Origin: an uncultured Planctomycetales bacterium | GTDB lineage: Bacteria; Planctomycetota; UBA1135; CAZZHK01 | Direction: 5' to 3' | Length of the DNA: 64,000 nt | Assembly: GCA_964653725.1 (NCBI GenBank) | Contig: CAZZHK010000013.1 | Coordinates: forward strand, 10,724 to 74,723 | Shown here: positions 19,840 through 29,322 of the stretch, one piece after another | Layout of the letters: each line of letters opens with the position of its first letter | Position numbering within the stretch: the stretch's first letter is position 1 | Notes under the pieces: model-generated | What the model was told of the DNA's origin: nothing | Databases searched by the model: none | Seen by the model: the letters and a program-made list of their open reading frames with translations, nothing else | Position numbers and translations under genes: made by a program

Positions 19840-21113
19840 TCGGACCCCACTCCCTCATCTACGACTTGAACCCCGAGCAGGCCGCGATCCGCCAGCGCGC
19901 CCGCGAATTCGCCGAGGCCGAGATCGCGCCCATCGCCACCGACTACGACGTCGATCCGCGCTTCCCTCACGAGTTGTTCGGGAAACTGGCGGAGGCGGGC
20001 CTGACCGGCGCGCCGTTCCCCAAGGAGTTCGGCGGCGAGGGCATCAGCATGCTCGAGTACATCACCATGGTGGAGGAGGTGGCCCGGGTGGACGCCGCCG
20101 CAGCGGTGGTGATGATGCTCAACTACACCCTGGCCGGGAAACCGATCCTCTACGTCGGCAGCGAGGAGCAGCAGCAGCGCTGGATTCCCGACCTGATCCA
20201 GGGCAAGCGGATCGGTGCCTTCGCCCTGTCCGAGCCGGTGGCCGGCTCCGACGCGAGCGCCATGCGCACCATCGCGATCCCCGACGGCGACTCCTACGTG
20301 CTGTCCGGCGAGAAGCACTACACGACGTCGGGCGACGTGGCGGACCTGTTCGTCATCGCCGCCCAGGTGCCGATCGGCAAATCCTGGCGCTTCGCGGTGT
20401 TCGTGCTGGACGACCCGGAGACGGCCGGTTTCTCGCGCCGCAGGCTCGAGCACAAGCTCGGCATCCGCATGTCGACGATGGCGAAACTGAAGTTGGACCA
20501 GGTCCGCATCCCGGCCGAGAACATGCTCGGCAAGCCGGGCAAGGGCTTCCAGACCATGATGAAGACGCTGGATGGCGGCCGCGTGGGGATCAGCGGCCAG
20601 GCCATCGGGATCGCGCAGCGCGCGGTCGAGGAGGCGGTGGCGTTCTCCAGCGCCCGCCACGCCTTCGGAGGCCCGATCGCCAAACTCGGCGCCATCCAGG
20701 TGATGCTGGCCGACATGGCGTCCCAGTGCTCGGCGGCGCGGGCGCTGCTCTACCGCACCGCGCAAATGTGGGACGAGGGCATCCACAGCCCGCTGTTCGC
20801 CAGCCAGGCCAAGCTCTTCAGCTCGCGCGCCGCCAACTTCTGCGCCAACCAGAACCTGCAGATCCACGGCGGCTACGGGTACTTCGGCGAGCTGTCGATC
20901 GCCGACCGCCTGTTCCGCGACGCGCGGATCCTGGAGATCTACGAAGGCACCAGCCAGATCCAGCAGCTGATCATCGCGCGCGGCCTCACCAAACCGGACT
21001 CGGCGGTCCCGTTCCGCGACTCCGCGGCGCCCGATCCCATCGACCTGCCCGACCCCGAACAGGCGGTCGCCGACTACGAGGCGGCCAAGGCGGCCGCAGC
21101 AGCGGGGGCCTGA
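19836..21113 (+). CDS. Acyl-CoA dehydrogenase with a C-terminal extension of about 40 aa
   Basis: GAFALSEPVAGSDA, RVGISGQAIGIA, QIHGGYGYFGELSIADRLFRDARILEIYEGTSQIQ. ATGA overlap upstream. Confidence 0.85.
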   Translation: MIGPHSLIYDLNPEQAAIRQRAREFAEAEIAPIATDYDVDPRFPHELFGKLAEAGLTGAPFPKEFGGEGISMLEYITMVEEVARVDAAAAVVMMLNYTLAGKPILYVGSEEQQQRWIPDLIQGKRIGAFALSEPVAGSDASAMRTIAIPDGDSYVLSGEKHYTTSGDVADLFVIAAQVPIGKSWRFAVFVLDDPETAGFSRRRLEHKLGIRMSTMAKLKLDQVRIPAENMLGKPGKGFQTMMKTLDGGRVGISGQAIGIAQRAVEEAVAFSSARHAFGGPIAKLGAIQVMLADMASQCSAARALLYRTAQMWDEGIHSPLFASQAKLFSSRAANFCANQNLQIHGGYGYFGELSIADRLFRDARILEIYEGTSQIQQLIIARGLTKPDSAVPFRDSAAPDPIDLPDPEQAVADYEAAKAAAAAGA

Positions 21114-21201
21114 CCCGATCACGAACTTTCCGTCGGTCGAGGTCGGCGACTGGCGGATCACCGCGCTGTCAGACGGCACCTTCCGCCTTGACGGCGGCTC
21201 G

Positions 21202-21981
21202 ATGTTCGGCGTGGTGCCGAAGGTGATGTGGGAGCCTTTTGTTGAGGTCGACGACAAGAACCGCATCGAGCTGGCGCTGAGGCCCTTCCTGGCGGAGGGC
21301 CCCGGCGGGCCGATCCTGATCGAGAGCGGCATCGGGCCGGCCATCGACGATCGGTTCGCTGGCCTCTACGAGGTCCAAAGGCCGCCCTCGCTCCTGGGCA
21401 GCCTGGAGGAGCTGGGCGTGGATCCGGGCTCCATCACCGCCGTGGCGCTGACCCACATGCATTGGGACCACGCCGGCGGCTGCCTGGCGATCGGTGATGC
21501 CGGAAGGCCGACCGCGGCATTCGCGCAGGCGCGCCATGTGGTGCCGCAAGCGGAGGTGCTCGCATGCCTGGACAAGTCCGGGCCGCGCCGCGCGTCCTAC
21601 GACGACGACCACGCGGCTGTCCTGGCAGACGCGGGCGTGCTCGAGCCGTTCGAGGGCCGCTCCCGGGAGGTCATTCCCGGGGTCACGATGCATGTGCTGG
21701 GCGGCCACAGCCTGGGCAGTTCGGTGGTGACCCTCGAGACACCGGGGGCGCAGACCGCGGTGTTCTGGGCGGACGTGCTGCCGACCGCCGCCCACGTGCA
21801 CCCTGCGTGGATCATGGCCTTCGACGAGGATCAGGTGCTCTCCTTCGAGGTGCGTTCCGAATGGATCGGCCGTGCCGCCGACGATGGCTGGATCGGCCTG
21901 CTCTACCACGACCTCCACCTGCCCTTCGGCGCCATCCACCGACAGCGCGACGGCCGCTTCTCGTTCGACCCGCTGGCATGA
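21202..21981 (+). CDS. MBL-fold metallo-hydrolase (true start probably upstream of the first ATG)
   Basis: ALTHMHWDHAGG (HxHxDH), VLGGHSLGS. The open frame upstream of 21202 reads ITNFPSVEVGDWRITALSDGTFRLDGGS, which looks like the conserved N-terminus of this family but contains no ATG/GTG/TTG. Confidence 0.75.
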   Translation: MFGVVPKVMWEPFVEVDDKNRIELALRPFLAEGPGGPILIESGIGPAIDDRFAGLYEVQRPPSLLGSLEELGVDPGSITAVALTHMHWDHAGGCLAIGDAGRPTAAFAQARHVVPQAEVLACLDKSGPRRASYDDDHAAVLADAGVLEPFEGRSREVIPGVTMHVLGGHSLGSSVVTLETPGAQTAVFWADVLPTAAHVHPAWIMAFDEDQVLSFEVRSEWIGRAADDGWIGLLYHDLHLPFGAIHRQRDGRFSFDPLA

Positions 21982-22763
21982 AGACGGTGGACCGGATCGT
22001 CAGCCTGGTGCCGTCCTGGACCGAGGCGGTCTTCGACCTGGGCGCCGGCGACCGCGTGGTGGGCGTCACGAAGTACTGCGTGCACCCGGCCGACCTGCCG
22101 GAGCGGGTCGAGCGGGTGGGGGGCAGCAAGCGGTTCGACGTGGACGCGGTGACCCGGCTGCGGCCCGACCTGGTGCTGGTGAACGACGAGGAAAACCGGC
22201 TCGAGGACGTCGAGCGGCTGGTGGCGGCCGGGCTGACGACCCTGGACCTGAGCCCACGAACGGTGGCTGACACGGCGCGCCACCTGCGGCGGCTCGGTGC
22301 GGCGCTGGAGTGCTGCGGCGCCGGGATCATGGACCGTGGCCGGGACGCGGGCGCGAAGGTGCTCGCAGCGGTGGAGACGGCGGAGGCGGCCCTGGACGGG
22401 CTGGATGCGCCCTTCCCGGTGGCCTACCTGATCTGGCGGCGGCCCTGGATGTCGATCGGCGCCGACACTTTCGTCCACGACATGCTGCGGCTGGCCGGCG
22501 CAGCGAATGTCGCCGGCGACGCGCAAGACCGCTATCCGACCTGGGACGACGCCGCCCTGGCTGCCTGCGGGGCACGTGCGGTGCTGCTGCCGAGCGAGCC
22601 CTACACGTGGAAGGAGGCGGAGGTGGCCGATGTGGCCGAACGCACCGGGGTGCCCGCGGTCCGCGTCGACGGCGAGGCCTTCAGCTGGCACGGCACCCGC
22701 ACCCCGGCAGGCATCCGTACCGCCTGCCAGACAATTGCCGCGCTGCGCGCCGAGTCCGCCTAG
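21978..22763 (+). CDS. Signal-less periplasmic-binding-protein-fold (BtuF/TroA-like 'helical backbone metal receptor', cobalamin-binding-like) protein
   Basis: RIVSLVPSWTEAVFDLGAGDRVVGVTKYC...RPDLVLVNDEEN...VAYLIWRRPWMSIGADTF...LLPSEPYTWKE. ATGA overlap with the MBL gene. No signal peptide. Confidence 0.65.
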   Translation: MKTVDRIVSLVPSWTEAVFDLGAGDRVVGVTKYCVHPADLPERVERVGGSKRFDVDAVTRLRPDLVLVNDEENRLEDVERLVAAGLTTLDLSPRTVADTARHLRRLGAALECCGAGIMDRGRDAGAKVLAAVETAEAALDGLDAPFPVAYLIWRRPWMSIGADTFVHDMLRLAGAANVAGDAQDRYPTWDDAALAACGARAVLLPSEPYTWKEAEVADVAERTGVPAVRVDGEAFSWHGTRTPAGIRTACQTIAALRAESA

Positions 22764-22767
22764 CCCG

Positions 22768-24126
22768 CTACTCGGTCTCTTCCAGGTAGCCCAGCGCGCG
22801 CAGTTCCGCCGTCTCCGCGGCGGTGGCGGCGCCGGCAACGACGGCGGTGGCGCCCGGGTCGGGGCGGCCCGCGATGTCGCGCTCCATCGCCGTCACGAGG
22901 CCGTCGCGCAGCCGGTCGTAGGCGCGCGGATCGGTGCGCCGCGTCATCGGGGAGAGCTCGCGCGGGTCGGTCTCCAGGTTCACGAGGACCCCGCCGGGGG
23001 CATTCAGCTCGGCCCTCAACTTCCAGGGCCAGCGGTACACGGCGATGTTGCCGTTCATCTCCGACCACACCAGGCGGCCGGGCTTCTGGCGGTCGGTGAG
23101 CGAGGTCCCCTCCAGCCAGGGATCGAGGTCGAGCCCGGTGGCCTCGAGGACAGTCGGCACGATGTCCACGTGGCTGACCGGGGTCGTGACCTCCAGCCCG
23201 CCCTTGCGGCCGCCCGGCAGCCTCACCAGCAGGGGCACACGCAGGCCCTCCTCGAACATGTCGCCGTGGCCGCGCATCTCGCCGCCGCGCTGGCCCAGCG
23301 ATTCGCCGTGGTCGGCGGTGACGATCACGATCGAGTTGTCCAGGATCCCCTGCTGGGCGAAGCGGTCCAGCCAGGCGCCGACCTGGTGGTCCAGATTGGC
23401 TATGGCGCCGTCGTACAGCGCGGTGGCCGCCTCGATGACCTCGGGCGTCGCCTTCATGCCGCCGTTCCAGAGCGCATGGGCGGTCATGCCCTGCGCCGCG
23501 GCGGCCGCCAGGACGTCCGTCGCATCGGCCTGGAACATGGTGTCGAAGGGCGCGGGCGCCTCGTACATGGTGGAGCCCCGCTTGCGCAGGTCCGCCGAGT
23601 GGGCGTCGAACAGGTGCAGGAACAGGAAGAAGGGCTCGGTGGTGGGCTGGGCGAAGTGCTCGTCCATGTGGGCCGCCGCGCCGCGCCAGTCGGGGTGGGG
23701 CTGGAAGACGCGGAAGCCGCGGTCGTAGCCGAACCGCTCGTGGATCCATCCCTTGAAGAACAGCGCGATGGTGTCGTAGCCGATGGCCGCCAGCCTCTCG
23801 GCCAGGGTCGGGATGTCGGGCGACAGCGCCTGGTCCTTGTCGACGCCGTGCCGGCTCTGGCGCAGCCCCGTCATCATGCCCATGTGGCTGACCAGCGTCA
23901 TGGGCGCGGTGGCGTAGGCGCGCGTGAACGAGATCGACTCCTCGGCCAGGCGGTCCAGGTTCGGGGTCGTGTCCCGCTCGTAGCCCAGGAAGCCCGTGTG
24001 GTCGGCCCGCACGGCGTCGAGGCTGATCAGGATCACGTTGGGGTGATCAGGCGCGGATTCGCCGCCGCAGGCAGCCGCGGGAGCGAGCAGGAGGGCCAGG
24101 AACACGGGGCGCATGGGGGCAAGCAT
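22768..24126 (-). CDS. Sulfatase-family (alkaline-phosphatase superfamily) lipoprotein, non-formylglycine type
   Basis: MLAPMRPVFLALLLAPAAAC lipobox. NVILISLDAVRADH, APMTLVSHMGMMTGL, VTADHGESLG. The tracked ORF start (24285) is over-extended. Confidence 0.8.
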   Translation of the reverse strand: MLAPMRPVFLALLLAPAAACGGESAPDHPNVILISLDAVRADHTGFLGYERDTTPNLDRLAEESISFTRAYATAPMTLVSHMGMMTGLRQSRHGVDKDQALSPDIPTLAERLAAIGYDTIALFFKGWIHERFGYDRGFRVFQPHPDWRGAAAHMDEHFAQPTTEPFFLFLHLFDAHSADLRKRGSTMYEAPAPFDTMFQADATDVLAAAAAQGMTAHALWNGGMKATPEVIEAATALYDGAIANLDHQVGAWLDRFAQQGILDNSIVIVTADHGESLGQRGGEMRGHGDMFEEGLRVPLLVRLPGGRKGGLEVTTPVSHVDIVPTVLEATGLDLDPWLEGTSLTDRQKPGRLVWSEMNGNIAVYRWPWKLRAELNAPGGVLVNLETDPRELSPMTRRTDPRAYDRLRDGLVTAMERDIAGRPDPGATAVVAGAATAAETAELRALGYLEETE

Positions 24127-24152
24127 AGTCCGGACGGTCGGGCGGATCCGTT

Positions 24153-25043
24153 TCAGGCGGGCAGCAGGCGGGCCAGGTTGCCGCCCATGATCAATCCGGT
24201 CCCGTCCTCGTTGGCTCCGGCGGCCTCCAGGGCCTCGCTCTGCGTGTCGCGAACCTCGGTGCGCCAGCCGCGCGGGAAGGTGCATGAGTCGGTCCCGAAC
24301 AGGATTCGCTCCGGCCCGAACACCGCCAGCGCGCGGTGGAAAACGTCATCCAGGCCGAGGTCGAAGTCCGCCATCCACGAGTTGGACGAGCTGGTGTCGA
24401 CCATCACGTTGCGGCACCGGGCGCCCAGTTCGAGTGCCTGCTCGAAACAGCTGCCGCCGAAGTGGGGGACGATGAAGGTCACCTCGGGGAAGCGCTCGGC
24501 GGCGGGCACGATGGCGAGAGGGTTGCCGTAGGCGAGGTCGTAGTTGCGTTCGATTCCCATCAGATCGCGGAGCTTCACCACCAGCTTCCCGCAGTGGACG
24601 ATCACCGGCGCGTCGTGCTCGCGCGCCACCTCGCAGATCGCCGCAAACGGTTCGTCGGCGGGCCGGAAGTGCTGCATGACCGGGAAGGTGAGCAGGCCGC
24701 GCAGGCCCATTTCGCCCAGCGCCCTGGTCGCGAAGCCCACCGCCGTCTCGGCGGTGGGGTCCACGACCGTGTAGCCGATCAGCCGCCCGCCGCTGCCCGC
24801 CGCGGCCTGAGCCACCGCCGGCGCCTCGGGGGGCGCGCTGGCAAAGGTCACCATGCGCTCCACGCCGTGGGCGTCCATCTCGGCCAGCCACCGTGCCGCA
24901 TGGACGTTCGCGTCCGGATCCGGCAGTTCCAGGCCGGCCTCGCGCGCGACCTCCTCGACCAGGCCCTCCTCGTCCCTGGGCGAGAGGCCTGCGAGAGCGT
25001 CGAAGAAGGGCCGGCCGAAGAAGTGGGTGTGGGCGTCCTGCAT
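24153..25043 (-). CDS. Amidohydrolase-2 family metal-dependent (TIM-barrel) hydrolase
   Basis: MQDAHTHFF, VIVHCG, IVPHFGG, ILFGTDS pattern of PF04909-type hydrolases. Confidence 0.7.
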   Translation of the reverse strand: MQDAHTHFFGRPFFDALAGLSPRDEEGLVEEVAREAGLELPDPDANVHAARWLAEMDAHGVERMVTFASAPPEAPAVAQAAAGSGGRLIGYTVVDPTAETAVGFATRALGEMGLRGLLTFPVMQHFRPADEPFAAICEVAREHDAPVIVHCGKLVVKLRDLMGIERNYDLAYGNPLAIVPAAERFPEVTFIVPHFGGSCFEQALELGARCRNVMVDTSSSNSWMADFDLGLDDVFHRALAVFGPERILFGTDSCTFPRGWRTEVRDTQSEALEAAGANEDGTGLIMGGNLARLLPA

Positions 25044-25086
25044 GCGCGCATCGTAGTGGCGGATGCGGCTGGACTAGAGTGAGCGG

Positions 25087-27015
25087 GTGAGCGAGATCCT
25101 GTGGCGACCGGCTGATCCTGCGGCGACCCGCATGGGCGCCTTCGCGGCTGCGCGGGGCTTCGACCCTGCGGACTACGCGGGCCTGCACGCCTGGTCGGTC
25201 GCCGAGCCCGACGCATTCTGGCGGGATGTGTGGGAAGAGTGCGGCGTGATCGGGGAGCCCGGCGACGTCGTCCTGGGGGATGCGTCGATGCCGGGCGCTT
25301 CGTGGTTTCCAGACGCGCGGCTGAACTTCGCCGAGAACCTGCTGCGGCGTCGGGGCGATGGCGTCGCCGTCATCTTCCGGCGCGAGGACGGGGCGCGCCG
25401 AGAGATCTCATTCATGGACCTCGTCGCCCAGGTGGCGCGCTTCCAGGCCGGGCTGCTGGCGGCGGGGATCCAGCCGGGCGACCGCGTGGCGGCGTTCCTG
25501 CCGAACTGTCCCGAGGCGCTGATCGGCATGCTGGCCACCGCCGCCTCGGGCGGCGTGTGGTCGTCGTGCTCACCGGACTTCGGCACCGCGGGTGTGCTGG
25601 ACCGCTTCGGCCAGATCGCGCCGCGCTTCCTGCTCACCGCGGACGCCTATTCCTACGGCGGAAAGACCCACGACTGCCTGGGGAAGGCGTCCGAGATCCA
25701 GGCCGGACTGCCCACCCTCGAGCACACGATCGTCGTGCCGTACACGGAAGATCGGGCGCCGGACCTCAGCGGGCTGGACGGCGCCGTGGTGTGGCGGGAT
25801 TTCGAAGGCGCCGCGGAAGAACCAAGTTTCATGCCGATGCCCTTCGAAGCGCCCCTCTACGTGCTGTTCAGTTCGGGCACCACGGGCGCTCCCAAGTGCA
25901 TTGTCCACGGCGCCGGGGGCACGCTGCTCCAGCACCTGAAGGAGCAGCAGCTGCACACGGACCTGGGCGAGGACGACCGGCTTTTCTACTTCACGACCAC
26001 CGGCTGGATGATGTGGAACTGGCTGGTTGCGGGGCTGGCTGCCGGGGCGACGCTCGTGCTCTACGACGGCAGTCCCATGCACCCGGGGCCGGCGGCATTG
26101 TGGGACCTGGCCGCCGAGGAGGGCGTGACCGTGTTCGGCACCAGCGCCAAGTTCATCGACGCCTGCCGCAAGGCGGGGCTCGCGCCGGCCGAGAGCCACG
26201 ACCTGTCCGCCCTCCGCGCCATCCTGTCGACCGGCTCGCCGCTGGTGGCCGAGTCGTTCGACTACGTCTACGAGTCCGTGGCGCCGGCCGCGCAATTGGC
26301 GTCGATCAGCGGCGGCACCGACATCGTCAGCTGCTTCATGCTCGGCGTGCCGACGATTCCGGTCCGCCGCGGCGAGATCCAGGGCCCGGGGCTCGGCATG
26401 GCGGTCGAGATATGGGACGCGGACGGCAGTTCCGTCACCGGTCAGCCGGGCGAACTGGTCTGCACCGCCCCGGCGCCCTCTATGCCCGTGTGCTTCTGGG
26501 ACGATGCGGACGGCGCGAAATACCGCGCCGCCTATTTCGAGAAGTTGCCTGGCGTGTGGCGCCACGGCGACTGGGTCGAGGCCACCGAGCACGGCGGCTA
26601 CGTGATCTACGGGCGCAGCGACGCCACCCTCAACCCCGGCGGCGTGCGGATCGGCACAGCGGAGATCTACCGGCAGGTCGAGCAGATGGAGGAGGTCGAG
26701 GAGGGGATCGTGGTGGGCCAGGACACCGGCGACGGCGACATGCGTGTGGTGCTCTTCGTGCGGTTGGCGGGCGGACTTGTCTTGGACGAGGAACTCGAGA
26801 AAGCAATCCGCGCCCGCATTCGTGCTCAGGCGACGCCGCGACACGTGCCCGCCGTCATCGCTCAGGTCGCCGACATCCCACGCACCCGCTCGGGCAAGAT
26901 CAGCGAGATCGCGGTGCGCGAAGTGATCCACGGGCGTCCGGTCACCAACACCGAGGCGCTCGCGAACCCCGCCGCCCTCGACCTCTACAGCGACCGCCCC
27001 GAACTCGTGCTGTAG
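25087..27015 (+). CDS. aacS: Acetoacetate--CoA ligase (acetoacetyl-CoA synthetase)
   Basis: [69 protein letters not shown] start. Confidence 0.9.
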   Translation: MSEILWRPADPAATRMGAFAAARGFDPADYAGLHAWSVAEPDAFWRDVWEECGVIGEPGDVVLGDASMPGASWFPDARLNFAENLLRRRGDGVAVIFRREDGARREISFMDLVAQVARFQAGLLAAGIQPGDRVAAFLPNCPEALIGMLATAASGGVWSSCSPDFGTAGVLDRFGQIAPRFLLTADAYSYGGKTHDCLGKASEIQAGLPTLEHTIVVPYTEDRAPDLSGLDGAVVWRDFEGAAEEPSFMPMPFEAPLYVLFSSGTTGAPKCIVHGAGGTLLQHLKEQQLHTDLGEDDRLFYFTTTGWMMWNWLVAGLAAGATLVLYDGSPMHPGPAALWDLAAEEGVTVFGTSAKFIDACRKAGLAPAESHDLSALRAILSTGSPLVAESFDYVYESVAPAAQLASISGGTDIVSCFMLGVPTIPVRRGEIQGPGLGMAVEIWDADGSSVTGQPGELVCTAPAPSMPVCFWDDADGAKYRAAYFEKLPGVWRHGDWVEATEHGGYVIYGRSDATLNPGGVRIGTAEIYRQVEQMEEVEEGIVVGQDTGDGDMRVVLFVRLAGGLVLDEELEKAIRARIRAQATPRHVPAVIAQVADIPRTRSGKISEIAVREVIHGRPVTNTEALANPAALDLYSDRPELVL

Positions 27016-27050
27016 GTGCCGCGGGCAGCCGCCCGCTAGGATCGCCGCCC

Positions 27051-28793
27051 ATGCGCTGGTCGGCCACGTTCCTCCACACCCTGCGCGACGTCCCCGCGGA
27101 CGCCGAGGTGCCGAGCCACCGGTGGCTGGCCAAGGCGGGCTTCCTGACCAAGGTCGCCAGCGGGATCTACGTTTACGCGCCGGCCATGTGGCGCGTGATG
27201 CGGAAGGTCGAGGCCATCGTGCGTGAGGAGATGGACGCGGCCGGCGGGCAGGAGCTCTTGATGCCCGCCGCCCAGCCCAAGGCCCTGTGGGAGAAGAGCG
27301 GGCGCTGGGAGCGCTACGTGGCGGACGGGATCCTGTTCACGCTGGCCGATCGCAAGGGCGCCGAGATGTGCCTGGGCCCGACCCACGAGGAGGTCGTCAC
27401 CGATCTGGCCGACCGCCAGATCACGTCCTACCGGCAGCTGCCCGTGAACCTCTACCAGATCCAGACCAAGTTCCGCGACGAGATCCGGCCGCGCTTCGGC
27501 CTGATGCGTGGCCGCGAGTTCATCATGAAGGACGCTTATTCCTTCGACGCCGACGAGGCCGGCCTGCAGGTCTCCTACGACGCCATGGTGGCCGCCTACC
27601 ATCGCATCTTCGAGCGCTGCGGGCTGGACTTCACGGTGGTGGACGCCGACTCGGGCGCCATCGGCGGCGCCCGGAGCCAGGAGTTCATGGTGAACGCCGA
27701 GACCGGCGAGGACGCGATCCTCATGTGCGGCGAGTGCTCCTACGGCGCCAACGTCGAGCGCGCGACCGGCCGGATCGAGCAGGGTCCCATGATCGATGGC
27801 GATGCGCCGCCGATGGAGCGCGTCGACACGCCCGGCGTCAAGACGGTGGCCGGGCTGGCCGAGTGCCTGGACCTGCCGGAGACGCGTCTCGTAAAGACTG
27901 TTCTCTACACGGCGAACTTCACCGATCGCGACGAGGTCGTTGCCGTGATGATCCGCGGCGATCTCGACGTCAACGAGACCAAGCTGGTCAACCACCTCGG
28001 CGCTCTTGCGGTCGCGGTCGCGGACGAGAAGACGGTCGTCGAGGCCACTGGCGCCGAACCCGGCTTCGCCGGCCCGATCGGCCTCGCCGACCACGTGCGG
28101 CTGGTCTCTGACGACTCCGTCGAGCCGATGACGTCTTTCGAGTGCGGCGGCTGCGAGACGGACGTCCACCTGATCAACGTGGTCTTCGGGCGCGACCTGG
28201 ACGTCCCAGAGTTCAGCAATTTGGCCACCGCCCGCGCGGGCGACGGCTGCCCGCGATGCGAGGGCACGCTGGCCGAGGCCCGCGGCATCGAGGTCGGCCA
28301 CGTCTTCCAGCTGGGCACCAAGTACTCCGAGGCGATGGGCGCGACGTTTGCGGGCGACGACGGCCACCAGGCCCCCTTCGTGATGGGCTGCTACGGGCTC
28401 GGCGTCTCGCGGGTCGCAGCCGCCGCCGTCGAGCAGCACCACGACGACAACGGCATGTGCTGGCCCACGGCGCTCGCCCCCTGGGAGGCGGTCGTGATTC
28501 CGGTCTCGGGCAAGGACGAGGCCCAGCAGGAGGCCGCGGCCAGGATCCACGACGAGCTCGAGGCGGCCGGCATAGAGGTGATGCTGGACGACCGGGACAT
28601 GGGCGCCGGCGCCAAATTCAAGGACGCCGAGCTGGTCGGCTTCCCGTGGCGCATCGTCTGCGGCCGCGGCGTGGCGGACGGGACCGCCGAGGTCCAGGCG
28701 CGCACCAGCGATACGGCCGAGGACGCCGCACTGGGCGATGTCGTGGCGAAGATCACGGAGGCGGTCGAGGCCGGCCGCGCATCAGGAGCATAG
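27051..28793 (+). CDS. proS: Proline--tRNA ligase (bacterial type with editing insertion)
   Basis: MRWSATFLHTLRDVPADAEVPSHRWLAKAGF, QIQTKFRDEIRPRFGLMRGREFIMKDAYSF, GIEVGHVFQLGTKYS, GCYGLGVSR. It is the tail of tracked ORF 25230-28793. Confidence 0.92.
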   Translation: MRWSATFLHTLRDVPADAEVPSHRWLAKAGFLTKVASGIYVYAPAMWRVMRKVEAIVREEMDAAGGQELLMPAAQPKALWEKSGRWERYVADGILFTLADRKGAEMCLGPTHEEVVTDLADRQITSYRQLPVNLYQIQTKFRDEIRPRFGLMRGREFIMKDAYSFDADEAGLQVSYDAMVAAYHRIFERCGLDFTVVDADSGAIGGARSQEFMVNAETGEDAILMCGECSYGANVERATGRIEQGPMIDGDAPPMERVDTPGVKTVAGLAECLDLPETRLVKTVLYTANFTDRDEVVAVMIRGDLDVNETKLVNHLGALAVAVADEKTVVEATGAEPGFAGPIGLADHVRLVSDDSVEPMTSFECGGCETDVHLINVVFGRDLDVPEFSNLATARAGDGCPRCEGTLAEARGIEVGHVFQLGTKYSEAMGATFAGDDGHQAPFVMGCYGLGVSRVAAAAVEQHHDDNGMCWPTALAPWEAVVIPVSGKDEAQQEAAARIHDELEAAGIEVMLDDRDMGAGAKFKDAELVGFPWRIVCGRGVADGTAEVQARTSDTAEDAALGDVVAKITEAVEAGRASGA

Positions 28794-28795
28794 AC

Positions 28796-29005
28796 ATGAT
28801 CATCTACACCAAGACTGGCTGCCCCTACTGCGAGGCTGCGGTGGCGCACCACACGGCGGAGGGGACCGAGTTCGAGGAGCGCAATACCTCCGACAGCGCG
28901 AAATGGCGCAAAGAGGCCCTCGCGAAGTGCGGCGGCGACCGCCATGTGCCGGTGATCGTGGCGGACGACGGCACGGCCACGGTCGGCTGGGAAGGCGGCG
29001 GCTGA
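28796..29005 (+). CDS. Glutaredoxin-like small redox protein
   Basis: MIIYTKTGCPYCEAA (CPYC), HVPVIV; 69 aa. It is the tail of tracked ORF 28142-29005. Confidence 0.8.
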   Translation: MIIYTKTGCPYCEAAVAHHTAEGTEFEERNTSDSAKWRKEALAKCGGDRHVPVIVADDGTATVGWEGGG

Positions 29006-29019
29006 GACCTCTGACCCCC

Positions 29020-29040
29020 GCGGCCGGTCGGCCGTCTTTT
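29020..29040 (+). terminator. Weak intrinsic-terminator-like hairpin after the glutaredoxin gene
   Basis: GCGGCC-GGTC-GGCCGT stem-loop (one G:U pair) followed by CTTTT. The stem and T-run are short. Confidence 0.3.
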
Positions 29041-29051
29041 CCGTTCGGTCC

Positions 29052-29285
29052 GTGGGGAACGGATCTGTCATTTGGCCGTTGCCGTGTCTGGCAAGTGCTG
29101 CGGTGTTCTCCGGCAGGGATGGCCAACTGCTGGCACCCATTCAGGCCGAGGAAGATGTCTTCACCGGTGTGTTTTCCGTCGCGCGCGTGGGGGACGTGAA
29201 AGGGGACGGGCGCGCGGATGTGCTGGCGGGCCGCACGGTTGACGTGACCGCAGTGGCAAGCGAGGTCGTCATCCAGCGGATGTAG
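29052..29285 (+). pseudogene. Possible relic of an FG-GAP/VCBS repeat protein (single repeat)
   Basis: The 77-aa ORF reads ...VFSGRDGQLL...FSVARVGDVKGDGRADVLAG, matching one FG-GAP repeat. There is no signal peptide, no SD, and it sits isolated in a 317-bp gap. Confidence 0.3.
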
Positions 29286-29322
29286 GTGTCCCACGGCGGG
29301 TCAGCCGCAAGTCAGGCCAGGC

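Noticed and set aside
25230-28793. 1187-aa ORF spanning the acetoacetyl-CoA synthetase region and proS; similarly 3121-4992, 14687-16357, 15718-17958, 33923-35443 and 34522-37461.
   Set aside because: Only the 3' parts (from 27051, 4462, 15389, 16354, 34229 and about 35518) carry family motifs. The 5' parts are alternate-frame read-through over the preceding real gene, and starts at stop/start overlaps explain the operon structure.
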